DNA of 64,000 nucleotides from Eledone cirrhosa. Taxonomy: Eukaryota. The position numbers and the translations under genes were made by a program. Within the stretch, counting starts at the first letter, position 1. The number at the start of each line of letters is the position of its first letter. This document shows, piece after piece, positions 18,001-36,000 of this stretch. The DNA lies in the NCBI GenBank assembly GCA_964016885.1, contig OZ024744.1:80662001-80726000 (forward strand), given 5' to 3'. The notes below the pieces were generated by a model. It did no database searches, was not told the origin of the DNA, and saw only the letters and a list, made by a program, of their open reading frames with translations.

Positions 18001-21000
18001 TATATACTGGACAGGTAATTAATATATACTGGACTGGTAATATATATACACTGGACAGGTGATATATATATACTGGACAGGTAATTTATATATACTGGAC
18101 AGGTAATTTATATACACTGGACAAGTAACTTCTATACACTGGACAGGTAATATATATACATTGGACAGGTAATATATATATACTGGACAGGTAATATATA
18201 TATACTGGACAGGTAATTTATATATACTGGACAGGTAATATATATATACTGGACAGGTAATTTATATACACTGGACAGGTAATTTATATACACTGGACAG
18301 GTAATTTATATACACTGGACAGGTAATTTATATACACTGGACAGGTAATTTATATACACTGGACAGGTAATTTATATACACTGGACAGGTAATTTATATA
18401 CACTGGACAGGTAATTTATATACACTGGACAGGTAATTTATATACACTGAACAGGTAATTTATATACACTGGACAGGTAATTTATATACACTGGACAGGT
18501 AATTTATATACACTGGACAGGTAATTTATATACAGTGGACAGGTAATTTATATACACTGAACAGGTAATTTATATACAGTGGATAGGTAATTTATATACA
18601 CTGGACAGAATTTATATACACTGGACAGGTAATTTATATACACTGGAGAGGTAATTTATATACACTGGAGAGGTAATTTATATACACTGGAGAGGTAATT
18701 TATATACACTGGAGAGGTAATTTATATACACTGGAGAGGTAATTTATATACACTTGACAGGTAATTTATATACACTGGACAGGTAATTTATATACACTGG
18801 ACAGGTAATTTATATACACTGGACAGGTAATTTATATACACTGGACAGGTCATTTATATACACTGGACAGGTCATTTATATACACTGGACAGGTAATTTA
18901 TATACACTGGAAAGGTAATTTATATATACTGGACAGGAAATTTATATATATACTGGACAGGTAATTTATATATACTGGACAGGTAATTTATATATACTGG
19001 ACAGGTAATTTATATATACAGGACAGGTAATATATATATACTGGACAGGTAATATATATATACTGGACAGGTAATATATATATACTGGACAGGTAATATA
19101 TATATACTGGACAGGTAATATATATATACTGGACAGGTAATATATATACACTGGACAGGTAATATATATACACTGGACAGGTAATTTATATACACTGGAC
19201 AGGTAATTTATATACACTGGACAGGTAATTTATATACACTGGACAGGTAATTTATATATACAGGACAGGTAATATATATATACTGGACAGGTAATATATA
19301 TACACTGGACAGGTAATATATATATACTGGACAGGTAATATATATATACTGGACAGGTAATATATATATACTGGACAGGTAATATATATACACTGGACAG
19401 GTAATATATATATACTGGACAGGTAATTTATATATACTGGACAGGTAATTTATATATACTGGACAGGTAATTAATATATACTGGACTGGTAATATATATA
19501 CACTGGACAGGTGATATATATATACTGGACAGGTAATTTATATATACTGGACAGGTAATTTATATACACTGGACAAGTAACTTCTATACACTGGACAGGT
19601 AATATATATACATTGGACAGGTAATATATATATACTGGACAGGTAATATATATATACTGGACAGGTAATTTATATATACTGGACAGGTAATATATATATA
19701 CTGGACAGGTAATTTATATACACTGGACAGGTAATTTATATACACTGGACAGGTAATTTATATACACTGGACAGGTAATTTATATACACTGGACAGGTAA
19801 TTTATATACACTGGACAGGTAATTTATATACACTGGACAGGTAATTTATATACACTGGACAGGTAATTTATATACACTGGACAGGTAATATATATACACT
19901 GGACAGGTAATTTATATATACTGGACAGGTAATTTATATATACTGGACAGGTAATTTATATACACTGGACAGGTAATTTATATACACTGGACAGGTAATT
20001 TATATACACTGGACAGGAAATTTATATATATACTGGACAGGTAATTTATATATACACTGGACAGGTAATTAATATACACTGGACAGGTAATTAATATACA
20101 CTGGACAGGTAATTAATATACACTGGACAGGTAATTAATATACACTGGACAGGTAATTTATATACACTGGACAGGTAATTTATATACACTGGACAGGTAA
20201 TTTATATACACTGGACAGGTAATTTATATACACTGGACAGGTAATTTATATACACTGGACAGGTAATTTATATACAATGGACAGGTAATTTATATACACT
20301 GGACAGGTAATTTATATACACTGGACAGGTAATTTATATACACTGGACAGGTAATTTATATACACTGGACAGTTAATTTATATATACTGGACAGGTAATT
20401 TATATATACTGGACAGGTAATTTATATATACAGTGGACAGGTAATTTATATATATATTGGACAGGTAATTTATATACACTGGACAGGTAATATATATATA
20501 CTGGACAGGTAATTTATATATACTGGACAGGTAATTTATATATACTGGACAGGTAATTTATATATACTGGACAGGTAATTTATATATACTGGACAGGTAA
20601 TTTATATATACTGGACAGGTAATTTATATATACTGGACAGGTAATTTATATACACTGGACAGGTAATTTATATATATTGGACAGGTAATTAATATATACT
20701 GGACAGGTAATTTATATACACTGGACAGGTAAATTATATATACTGGACAGGTAATTTATATACACTGGACAGGTAATTTATATACACTGGACAGGTAATT
20801 AATATATACACTGGATAGGTAATTTATATATACTGGACAGGTAATTTATATACACTGGACAGGTAATTAATATACATTGGACAGATAATTTATATACACA
20901 GGACAGGTAATTATTATATACTGGACAGGTAATTTATATATACTGGACAGGTAATTTATATACACTGGACAGGTAATTAATATACACTGGACAGATAATT

Positions 21001-24000
21001 TATATATACTGGACAGGTAATTTATATATACTGGACAGGTAATTTATATACACTGGACAGGTAATTTATATACACTGGACAGGTAATTTATATATACTGG
21101 ACAGGTAATTTATATATACTGGACAGGTAATTTATATATATACTGGACAGGTAATTTATATACACTGGACAGGTAATTTATATACACTGGACAGGTAATT
21201 TATATACACTGGACAGGTAATTTATATACACTGAACAGGTAATTTATATACACTGGACAGGTAATTTATATACACTGGACAGGTAATTTATATACACTGG
21301 ACAGGTAATTTATATACACTGGACAGGTAATTTATATACACTGGACAGGTAATTTATATACACTGGACAGGTAATTTATATACACTGGAGAGGTAATTTA
21401 TATACACTGGACAGGTAATTTATATACACTGGACAGGTAATTTATATATACTGGACAGGTAATTTATATATACTCGACAGGTAATTTATATACACTGGAC
21501 AGGTAATTAATATATTCACTGGACAGGTAATTTATATATACTGGACAGGTAATTTATATATACTGGACAGGTAATTTATATACACTGGACAGGTAATTAA
21601 TATACATTGGACAGGTAATTTATATACACTGGACAGGTAATATATATATATACTGGACAGGTAATTAATATACACTAGACAGATAATTTATATACACAGG
21701 ACAGGTAATTTATATATACTGGACAGGTAATTTATATATATACTGGACAGGTAATTTATATATACTGGACAGGTAATTTATATATACTGGACAGGTAATT
21801 TATATACACTGGACAGGTAATTTATATACACTGGACAGGTAATTTATATACACTGAACAGGTAATTTATATATACTGGACAGGTAATTTATATATACTGG
21901 ACAGGTAATTTATATACACTGGACAGGTAATTTATATACACTGGACAGGTAATATATATATACTGGACAGGTAATTTATATACACTGGACAGGTAATTTA
22001 TATACACTGAACAGGTAATTTATATACACAGGTGAGATAATTTATATATATACTGGACAGGTAATTTATATACATTGGACAGGTAATTTATATACACTGG
22101 ACAGATAATTTATATACACTGGACAGGTAATTTATATACACTGGACAGGTAATTTATATACACTAGACAGGTAATTTATATATACTGGACAGGTAATTTA
22201 TATACACTGGACAGGTAATTTATATACACTGGACAGGTAATATATATATACTGGACAGGTAATATATATATACTGGACAGGTAATTTATATATACTGGAC
22301 AGGTAATTTAAATACACTGGACAGGTAATTTATATACACTGGACAGGTAATATATATACACTGGACAGGTAATATATTTACACTGGACAGGTAATATATA
22401 TACACTGGACAGGTAATTTATATATACTGGACAGGTAATTTATATACACTGGACAGGTAATTTATATATACTGGACAGGTAATTTATATACACTGGACAG
22501 GTAATTTATATATATACTGGACAGGTAATTTATATATATACTGGACAGGTAATTTATATACACTGGACAGGTAATTAATATACACTGAACAGGTAATTTA
22601 TATATACTGGACAGGTAATTTATATACACTGGACAGGTAATTTATATACACTGGACAGGTAATTTATATATACTGGACAGGTAATTTATATATATACTGG
22701 ACAGGTAATTTATATATATACTGGACAGGTAATTTATATATATACTGGACAGGTAATTTATATACAGTGGACAGGTAATTAATATACACTGGACAGGTAA
22801 TTTATATACACTGGACAGGTAATGTATATACACTGGACAGGTAATTTATATACACTGGACAGGTAATTTATATAAACTGGACAGGTAATTTATATACACT
22901 GGAGAGGTAATTTATATACACTGGAGAGGTAATTTATATACACTGGAGAGGTAATTTATATACACTGGAGAGGTAATTTATATACACTGGACAGGTAATT
23001 TATATACACTGGACAGGTAATTTATATAAACTGGACAGGTAATTTATATACACTGGACAGGTAATTTATATACACTGGACAGGTAATTTATATACACTGG
23101 ACAGGTAATTTATATACAGTGGACAGGTAATTTATATACACTGAACAGGTAATTTATATACAGTGGATAGGTAATTTATATACACTGGACAGAATTTATA
23201 TACACTGGACAGGTAATTTATATACACTGGAGAGGTAATTTATATACACTGGAGAGGTAATTTATATACACTGGAGAGGTAATTTATATACACTGGAGAG
23301 GTAATTTATATACACTGGAGAGGTAATTTATATACACTGGAGAGGTAATTTATATACACTGGAGAGGTAATTTATATACACTTGACAGGTAATTTATATA
23401 CACTGGACAGGTAATTTATATACACTGGACAGGTAATTTATATACACTGGACAGGTAATTTATATACACTGGACAGGTCATTTATATACACTGGACAGGT
23501 CATTTATATACACTGGACAGGTAATTTATATACACTGGAAAGGTAATTTATATATACTGGACAGGAAATTTATATATATACTGGACAGGTAATTTATATA
23601 TACTGGACAGGTAATTTATATATACTGGACAGGTAATTTATATATACTGGACAGGTAATTTATATATACTGGACAGGTAATTTATATATACAGGACAGGT
23701 AATATATATATACTGGACAGGTAATATATATATACTGGACAGGTAATATATATATACTGGACAGGTAATATATATATACTGGACAGGTAATATATATATA
23801 CTGGACAGGTAATATATATACACTGGACAGGTAATATATATACACTGGACAGGTAATTTATATACACTGGACAGGTAATTTATATACACTGGACAGGTAA
23901 TTTATATACACTGGACAGGTAATTTATATATACAGGACAGGTAATATATATATACTGGACAGGTAATATATATACACTGGACAGGTAATATATATATACT

Positions 24001-27000
24001 GGACAGGTAATATATATATACTGGACAGGTAATATATATATACTGGACAGGTAATATATATACACTGGACAGGTAATATATATATACTGGACAGGTAATT
24101 TATATATACTGGACAGGTAATTTATATATACTGGACAGGTAATTAATATATACTGGACTGGTAATATATATACACTGGACAGGTGATATATATATACTGG
24201 ACAGGTAATTTATATATACTGGACAGGTAATTTATATACACTGGACAAGTAACTTCTATACACTGGACAGGTAATATATATACATTGGACAGGTAATATA
24301 TATATACTGGACAGGTAATATATATATACTGGACAGGTAATTTATATATACTGGACAGGTAATATATATATACTGGACAGGTAATTTATATACACTGGAC
24401 AGGTAATTTATATACACTGGACAGGTAATTTATATACACTGGACAGGTAATTTATATACACTGGACAGGTAATTTATATACACTGGACAGGTAATTTATA
24501 TACACTGGACAGGTAATTTATATACACTGGACAGGTAATTTATATACACTGGACAGGTAATATATATACACTGGACAGGTAATTTATATATACTGGACAG
24601 GTAATTTATATATACTGGACAGGTAATTTATATATACTGGACAGGTAATTTATATACACTGGACAGGTAATTTATATACACTGGACAGGAAATTTATATA
24701 TATACTGGACAGGTAATTTATATATACACTGGACAGGTAATTAATATACACTGGACAGGTAATTAATATACACTGGACAGGTAATTAATATACACTGGAC
24801 AGGTAATTAATATACACTGGACAGGTAATTTATATACACTGGACAGGTAATTTATATACACTGGACAGGTAATTTATATACACTGGACAGGTAATTTATA
24901 TACACTGGACAGGTAATTTATATACACTGGACAGGTAATTTATATACAATGGACAGGTAATTTATATACACTGGACAGGTAATTTATATACACTGGACAG
25001 GTAATTTATATACACTGGACAGGTAATTTATATACACTGGACAGTTAATTTATATATACTGGACAGGTAATTTATATATACTGGACAGGTAATTTATATA
25101 TACAGTGGACAGGTAATTTATATATATATTGGACAGGTAATTTATATACACTGGACAGGTTATTTATATACACTGGACAGGTAATTTATATACACTGGAC
25201 AGGTAATTTATATACACTGGACAGGTAATTTATATACACTGGACAGGTAATTTATATACACTGGACAGGTAATTTATATACACTGGACAGGTAATTTATA
25301 TACACTGGACAGGAAATTTATATATATACTGGACAGGTAATTTATATATATACTGGACAGGTAATTTATATATATACTGGACAGGTAATTTATATATACA
25401 GGACAGGTAAATTATATATACTGGACAGGTGATTTATATACAGTGGACAGGTAATTTATATGCACTGGACAGGTAATTAATATACACTGGACAGGTAATT
25501 AATATACACTGGACAGGTAATTAATATACACTGGACAGGTAATTTATATATACTGGACAGGTAATTTATATATACTGGACAGGTAATTTATATATACTGG
25601 ACAGGTAATTTATATACACTGGACAGGTAATTTATATACACTGGACAGGTAATTTATATACACTGGACAGGTAATTTATATACACTGGACAGGTAATTTA
25701 TATACACTGGACAGGTAATTTATATACACTGGACAGGTAATTTATATACACTGGACAGGTAATTTATATACACTGGACAGGTAATTTATATACACTGGAC
25801 AGGTAATTTATATACACTGGACAGATAATTTATATATACTGGACAGGTAATTTATATATACACTGGACAGGTAATTTATATATATACTGGACAGGTAATT
25901 TATATATATATTGGACAGGTAATTTATATACACTGGACAGGTAATTTATATACACTGGACAGGTAATTTATATATATACTGGACAGGTAATTTATATATA
26001 CTGGACAGGTAAATTATATACACTGGACAGATAATTTATATATACTGGACAGGTAATTAATATATACTGGACAGGTAATTTATATACACTGGACAGGTAA
26101 TTTATATATATACTGGACAAGTAATTTATATATACTGGACAGGTAATTTATATACACTGGACAGGTCATTTATATACACTGGACAGGTAATTTATATATA
26201 CTGGACAGGTAATTAATATATACTGGACAGGTAATTAATATATACTGGACAGGTAATTTATATATATACTGGACAGGAAATTTATATATACTGGACAGAT
26301 AATTTATATACACTGGACAGGTAATTAATATATACTGGACAGGTAATTTATATACACTGGACAGGTAATTTATATACACTGGACAGGTAATTTATATATA
26401 CTGGACAGGAAATTTTATATACACTGGACAGGTAATTTATATATATACTGAACAGGTAATTTATATATACTGGACAGGTAATTTATATACACTGGACAGG
26501 TAATTTATATACACTGGACAGGTAATTAATATATATACTGGACAGGTAATTTATATATATACTGGACAGGTAATTTATATATATACTGGACAGGTAATTT
26601 ATATATACTGGACAGGTAATTTATATATATACTGGACAGGTAATTTATATACACTGGACAGGTAATTTATATACACTGGACTGGTAATTTATATACACTG
26701 GACAGGTAATTTATATACACTGGACAGGAAATTTTATATACACTGGACAGGTAATTTATATATATACTGAACTGGTAATTTATATATACTGGACAGGTAA
26801 TTTATATACACTGGACAGGTAATTTATATACACTGGACAGGTAATTAATATATATACTGGACAGGTAATTTATATATATACTGGACAGGTAATTTATATA
26901 TATACTGGACAGGTAATTTATATATATACTGGAGAGGTAATTTATATATACTGGACAGGTAATTTATATATATACTGGACAGGTAATTTATATACACTGG

Positions 27001-30000
27001 ACAGGTAATTTATATACACTGGACTGGTAATTTATATACACTGGACAGGTAATTTATATACACTGGACAGGTAATTTATATACACTGGACAGGTAATTTA
27101 TATATATACTGGACAGGTAATTTATATATATACTGGACAGGTAATTTATATATATACTGGACAGGTAATTTATATATATACTGGACAGGTAATTTATATA
27201 TACTGGACAGGTAATTTATATATATACTGGACAGGTAATTTATATAGACTGGACAGGTAACATATACACTGGACAGGTAACATATACACTGGACAGGTAA
27301 TTTATATACACTGGACAGGTAATTTATACACAGTGGACAGGTAATTTATATACACTGGACAGGTAATTTATATACACTGGACAGGTAATTTATATACACT
27401 GGACAGGTAATTTATATACACTGGACAGGTAATTTATATACACTGGACAGGTAATTTATATACACTGGACAGGTAATATATATATACTGGACAGGTAATA
27501 TATATATACTGGACAGGTAATATATATATACTGGACAGGTAATATATATATACTGGACAGGTAATATATATACACTGGACAGGTAATATATATACACTGG
27601 ACAGGTAATTTATATACACTGGACATCATCATCATCATCATCACCGTTTTACGTCCGTTCTTCCACGCTAGCATGGGTTAGACGGGTTGTCCTGTTGTGG
27701 GCAGTGTCTGGTCGGCTGACCATGCCTTGCTCATACAGGAACTGATCTGGCTTGATTTCTACAGCTGGATGCCCTTCCTAACACCAACCTCATTTACAGT
27801 GAGTGCTGGGTGCTTTTTCGTGGCGCCTACACGTCCACTTTACAGTGTGGGCTGGGTGCTTTTTTGCCGTGGCACCTCCACGACCACCTTGCGGTGGGGG
27901 GGGGGCATATTGTTTATATGCTTCAGCATGTACCCATGGGAGGTCGGGTACCCTGTATTACTGCGTGACGCCAGAAGTCACGGTCGTGTGTCATTGACTT
28001 TGAGAGGTGTAGTTGGGTAAGGTCGGCTTTTATCACCTCATCCCAAGTCATCTTGGGTCTCCCCACTCCGCGGTTTCCATCAACTTCTAGTGCTCTGCAC
28101 CTTTTTATGCAGCTGTCATCCTTCATACGCATCACATGTCCATACCAGCGTAACCGCCTCTCCTGCACGCAGCATTTGATTCCTCTTATGCTCAGTCTCT
28201 CTCTCAATTCATTTATGCTTTGTCGTTCACGTATATTACTGGACAGGTAATATATATATACTGGACAGGTAATATATATATACTGGACAGGTAATATATA
28301 TATACTGGACAGGTAATATATATATACTGGACAGGTAATTTATATACACTGGACAAGTAATTTCTATACACTGGACAGGTAATATATATACATTGGACAG
28401 GTAATATATATACACTGGACAGGTAATTTATATATATACTGGACAGGTAATTTATATATATATTGGACAGGTAATTTATATATATATTGGACAGGTAATT
28501 TATATACACTGGACAGGTAATTTATATACACTGGACAGGTAATTTATATACTCTGGACAGGTAATTTATATACTCTGGACAGGTAATATATATATACTGG
28601 ACAGGTAATTTATATATATACTGGACAGTTAATTTATATATATATTGGACAGGTAATTTATATATATATTGGACAGGTAATTTATATATATATTGGACAG
28701 GTAATTTATATATACTGGACAGGTAATTTATATATACTGGATAGGTAATTAATATATACTGGATAGGTAATTAATATATACTGGACAGGTAATTTATATA
28801 TACTGGACAGGTAATTTATATATACTGGACAGGTAATTTATATATACTGGACAGGTAATTTATATATACTGGACAGGTAATTTATATATACTGGACAGGT
28901 AATTTATATACACTGGACAGATAATTTATATATACTGGACAGGTAATTAATATACACTGGACAGGTAATTTATATATACTGGACAGGTAATTTATATACA
29001 CTGGACAGGTAATTTATATACTCTGGACAGGTAATATATATATACTGGACAGGTAATTTATATATACTGGACAGGTAATTTATATACACTGGACAGGTAA
29101 TTTATATACACAGGACAGGTAATTTATATATACTGGACAGGTAATTTATATATATACTGGACAGGTAATTTATATATACTGGACAGATAATTTATATACA
29201 CTGGACAGGTAATTAATATATACTGGACAGGTAATTAATATACACTGGACAGGTAATTAATATATACTGGACAGGTAATTTATATAAACTGGACAGGTAA
29301 TTTATATAAACTGGACAGGTAATTTATATACACTGGACAGATAATTTATATATACTGGACAGGTAATTTATATATACTGGACAGGAAATTTTATATACAC
29401 TGGACAGGTAATTTGTATACACTGGACAGGTAATATATACACTGGACAGGTAACATATACACTGGACAGGTAATTTATATACACTGGACAGGTAATTTAT
29501 ATATACTGGACAGGTAATTTATATACACTGGACAGGTAATTTATATATACAGGACAGGTAATATATATATACAGGACAGGTAATTTATATATACTGGACT
29601 GGTAATATATATACACTGGACAGGTAATTTATATACATTGGACAGGTAATTTATATATACAGGACAGGTAATATATATATACTGGACAGGTAATATATAT
29701 ATACTGGACAGGTAATATATATATACTGGACAGGTAATATATATATATACTGGACAGGTAATATATATACACTGGACAGGTAATTTATATACACTGGACA
29801 GGTAATTTATATACACTGGACAGGTAATTTATATACACTGGACAGGTAATTTATATACACTGGACAGGTAATTTATATACACTGGACAGGTAATATATAT
29901 ATACTGGACAGGTAATATATATATACTGGACAGGTAATTTATATACACTGGACAGGTAATTTATATACAGTGGACAGGTAATATATATATACTGGACAGG

Positions 30001-33000
30001 TAATATATATATACTGGACAGGTAATATATATATACTGGACAGGTAATATATATACTGGACAGGTAATATATATACACTGGACAGGTAATATATATACAC
30101 TGGACAGGTAATTTATATACACTGGACAGGTAATTTATATACACTGGACAGGTAATTTATATACACTGGACAGGTAATTTATATATACTGGACAGGTAAT
30201 ATATATACACTGGACAGGTAATTTATATACACTGGACAAGTAATATATATACACTGGACAGGTAATATATATACACTGGACAGGTAATTTATATACACTG
30301 GACAGGTAATTTATATACACTGGACAGGTAATATATATATACTGGACAGGTAATATATATATACTGGACAGGTAATATATATATACTGGACAGGTAATAT
30401 ATATATACTGGACAGGTAATATATATATACTGGACAGGTAATATATATATACTGGACAGGTAATATATATACACTGGACAGGTAATTTATATACACTGGA
30501 CAGGTAATTTATATATACTGGACAGGTAATATATATATACTGGACAGGTAATTTATATACGCTGGACAGGTAATTTATATATATACACTGGACAGGTAAT
30601 TTATATATACTGGACAGGTAATTTATATATACTGGACAGGTAATTTATATACACTAGACAGGTAATTTATATACACTGGACAGGTAATTTATATACACTG
30701 GACAGGTAATTCATATACACTGGACAGGTAATTTATATACACTGGACAGGTAATTTATATATATACTGGACAGGTAATTTATATATATACTGGACAGGTA
30801 ATTTATATATATACTGGACAGGTAATTTATATATATACTGGACAGGTAATTTATATATATACTGGACAGGTAATTTATATATATACTGGACAGGTAATTT
30901 ATATATACTGGACAGGTAATTTATATATACTGGACAGGTAAATTATATATACTGGACAGGTAATTTATATATACTGGACAGGTAATTTATATATACTGGA
31001 CAGGTAATTTATATACACTGGACAGGTAATTAATATACACTGGACAGGTAATTAATATACACTGGACAGGTAATTTATATACACTGGACAGGTAATATAT
31101 ATACACTGGACAGGTAATTTATATACACTGGACAGGTAATTAATATATACTGGACAGGTAATATATATATACTGGACAGGTAATATATATATACTGGACA
31201 GGTAATATATATATACTGGACAGGTAATATATATACACTGGACAGGTAATTTATATACACTGGACAGGTAATTTATATACACTGGACAGGTAATTTATAT
31301 ACACTGGACAGGTAATTTATATACACTGGACAGGTAATTTATATATATACTGGACAGGTAATTTATATATATACTGGACAGGTAATTTATATACACTGGA
31401 CAGGTAATTTATATATATACTGGACAGGTAATTTATATATATACTGGACAGGTAATTTATATACACTGGACAGGAAATTTATATATTCTGGACAGGTAAT
31501 TTATATATACTGGACAGGTAATTTATATATATTGGACAGGTAATTTATATACACTGGACAGGTAACATATACACTGGACAGGTAACATATACACTGGACA
31601 GGTAATTTATATACACTGGACAGGTAATTTATATACACTGGACAGGTAATTTATATATATACTGGACAGGTAATTTATATACACTGGACAGGTAATATAT
31701 ATACACTGGACAGGTAATTTATATATATACTGGACAGGTAATTTATATATACACTGGACAGGTAATTTATATACACTGGACAGGAAATTTATATATACTG
31801 GACAGGTAATTTATATATACTGGACAGGTAATTTATATACACTGGACAGGTAATTTATATACACTGGACAGGTAATATATACACTGGACAGGTAACATAT
31901 ACACTGGACAGGTAATATATATATACTGGACAGGTAATATATATACACTGGACAGGTAATTTATATACACTGGACAGGTAATTTATATATACTGGACAGG
32001 TAATATATATACACTGGACAGGTAATTTATATACACTGGACAAGTAATATATATACACTGGACAGGTAATATATATACACTGGACAGGTAATTTATATAC
32101 ACTGGACAGGTAATTTATATACACTGGACAGGTAATATATATATACTGGACAGGTAATATATATATACTGGACAGGTAATTTATATACACTGGACAGGTA
32201 ATTTATATACAGTGGACAGGTAATATATATATACTGGACAGGTAATATATATACACTGGACAGGTAATATATATACACTGGACAGGTAATTTATATACAC
32301 TGGACAGGTAATTTATATACACTGGACAGGTAATTTATATACACTGGACAGGTAATTTATATATACTGGACAGGTAATATATATACACTGGACAGGTAAT
32401 TTATATACACTGGACAAGTAATATATATACACTGGACAGGTAATATATATACACTGGACAGGTAATTTATATACACTGGACAGGTAATTTATATACACTG
32501 GACAGGTAATATATATATACTGGACAGGTAATATATATATACTGGACAGGTAATATATATATACTGGACAGGTAATATATATATACTGGACAGGTAATAT
32601 ATATATACTGGACAGGTAATATATATATACTGGACAGGTAATATATATACACTGGACAGGTAATTTATATACACTGGACAGGTAATTTATATATACTGGA
32701 CAGGTAATATATATATACTGGACAGGTAATTTATATACACTGGACAGGAAATTTATATATTCTGGACAGGTAATTTATATATACTGGACAGGTAATTTAT
32801 ATATATTGGACAGGTAATTTATATACACTGGACAGGTAACATATACACTGGACAGGTAATTTATATACACTGGACAGGTAACATATACACTGGACAGGTA
32901 ATTTATATACACTGGACAGGTAATTTATATACACTGGACAGGTAATTTATATATATACTGGACAGGTAATTTATATACACTGGACAGGTAATATATATAC

Positions 33001-36000
33001 ACTGGACAGGTAATTTATATATATACTGGACAGGTAATTTATATATACACTGGACAGGTAATTTATATACACTGGACAGGAAATTTATATATACTGGACA
33101 GGTAATTTATATATACTGGACAGGTAATTTATATACACTGGACAGGTAATTTATATACACTGGACAGGTAATATATACACTGGACAGGTAACATATACAC
33201 TGGACAGGTAATATATATATACTGGACAGGTAATATATATACACTGGACAGGTAATTTATATACACTGGACAGGTAATTTATATATACTGGACAGGTAAT
33301 ATATATACACTGGACAGGTAATATATATACACTGGACAGGTAATTTATATACACTGGACAAGTAATATATATACACTGGACAGGTAATATATATACACTG
33401 GACAGGTAATTTATATACACTGGACAGGTAATTTATATACACTGGACAGGTAATATATATATACTGGACAGGTAATATATATATACTGGACAGGTAATTT
33501 ATATACAGTGGACAGGTAATATATATATACTGGACAGGTAATATATATACACTGGACAGGTAATATATATACACTGGACAGGTAATTTATATACACTGGA
33601 CAGGTAATTTATATACACTGGACAGGTAATTTATATATACTGGACAGGTAATTTATATATACTGGACAGGTAATATATATACACTGGACAGGTAATTTAT
33701 ATACACTGGACAAGTAATATATATACACTGGACAGGTAATATATATACACTGGACAGGTAATTTATATACACTGGACAGGTAATTTATATACACTGGACA
33801 GGTAATATATATATACTGGACTGGTAATATATATATACTGGACAGGTAATATATATATACTGGACAGGTAATATATATATACTGGACAGGTAATATATAT
33901 ATACTGGACAGGTAATATATATATACTGGACAGGTAATATATATACACTGGACAGGTAATTTATATACGCTGGACAGGTAATTTATATATACTGGACAGG
34001 TAATTTATATATACTGGACAGGTAATTTATATATACTGGACAGGTAATTTATATATACTGGACAGGTAATTTATATACACTGGACAGGTAATTTATATAC
34101 ACTGGACAAGTAATTTATATACACTGGACAGGTAATTCATATACACTGGACAGGTAATTTATATACACTGGACAGGTAATTTATATATATACTGGACAGG
34201 TAATTTATATATATACTGGACAGGTAATTTATATATATACTGGACAGGTAATTTATATATATACTGGACAGGTAATTTATATATATACTGGACAGGTAAA
34301 TTATATATACTGGACAGGTAATTTATATATACTGGACAGGTAATTTATATATACTGGACAGGTAATTTATATACACTGGACAGGTAATTAATATACACTG
34401 GACAGGTAATTTATATACACTGGACAGGTAATATATATACACTGGACAGGTAATTTATATACACTGGACAGGTAATTAATATATACTGGACAGGTAATAT
34501 ATATATACTGGACAGGTAATATATATATACTGGACAGGTAATATATATATACTGGACAGGTAATATATATACACTGGACAGGTAATTTATATACACTGGA
34601 CAGGTAATTTATATACACTGGACAGGTAATTTATATACACTGGACAGGTAATTTATATACACTGGACAGGTAATTTATATACACTGGACAGGTAATTTAT
34701 ATACACTGGACAGGTAATATATATATACAGGACAGGTAATATATGTATACTGGACAGGTAATATATATATACTGGACAGGTAATTTATATACACTGGACA
34801 AGTAATTTATATACACTGGACAGGTAATATATATACATTGGACAGGTAATATATATATACTGGACAGGTAATATATATATACACTGGACAGGTAATTTCT
34901 ATACACTGGACAGGTAATTTATATATACTGAACAGGTAATTTATATATACTGGACAGGTAATTTATATATACTGGACAGGTAATTTATATATACTGGACA
35001 GGTAATTTATATATACTGGACAGGTAATTTATATACACTGGACAGGTAATTTATATACACTGGACTGGTAATTTATATACACTGGACAGGTAATTTATAT
35101 ACACTGGACAGGTAATTTATATACACTGGACAGGTAATATATATACACTGGACAGGTAATATATATACACTGGACAGGTAATATATATACACTGGACAGG
35201 TAATTTATATATACTGGATAGGTAATTTATATATACTGGACAGGTAATATATATATACTGGACAGGTAATTTATATATACTGGACAGGTAATTTATATAC
35301 ACTGGACAGGAAATTTATATATACTGGACAGGTAATTTATATATACTGGACAGGTAATTTATATATACTGGACAGGTAATTTATATATACTGGACAGATA
35401 ATTTATATATACTGGACAGATAATTTATATACACTGGACAGATAATTTATATACACTGGATAGGTAATTTATATACACTGGACAGGTAATATATATACAC
35501 TGGACAGGTAATATATATACACTGGACAGGTAATTTATATATACTGGACAGGTAATTTATATATACTGGACAGGTAATATATATATACTGGACAGGTAAT
35601 ATATATATACTGGACAGGTAATTAATATATACTGGACAGGTAATTAATATATATTGGACAGGTAATTAATATATATTGGACAGGTAATTAATATATATTG
35701 GACAGGTAATTTATATACACTGGACAAGTAATATATATATACTGGACAGGTAATTTATATACACTGGACAGGTAATATATATACACTGGACAGGTAATTT
35801 ATATATACTGGACAGGTAATTTATATATACTGGACAAGTAATTTATATACACTGGACAGGTAATATATATATACTGGACAGGTAATTAATATATACTGGA
35901 CAGGTAATTAATATATACTGGACAGGTAATTAATATATACTGGACAGGTAATTTATATATATACTGGACAGGTAATTTATATATATACTGGACAGGTAAT

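Noticed and set aside
27697-28250. Plus-strand ORFs of 64-107 aa inside the insertion
   Set aside because: Antisense shadows of the RTE fragment.
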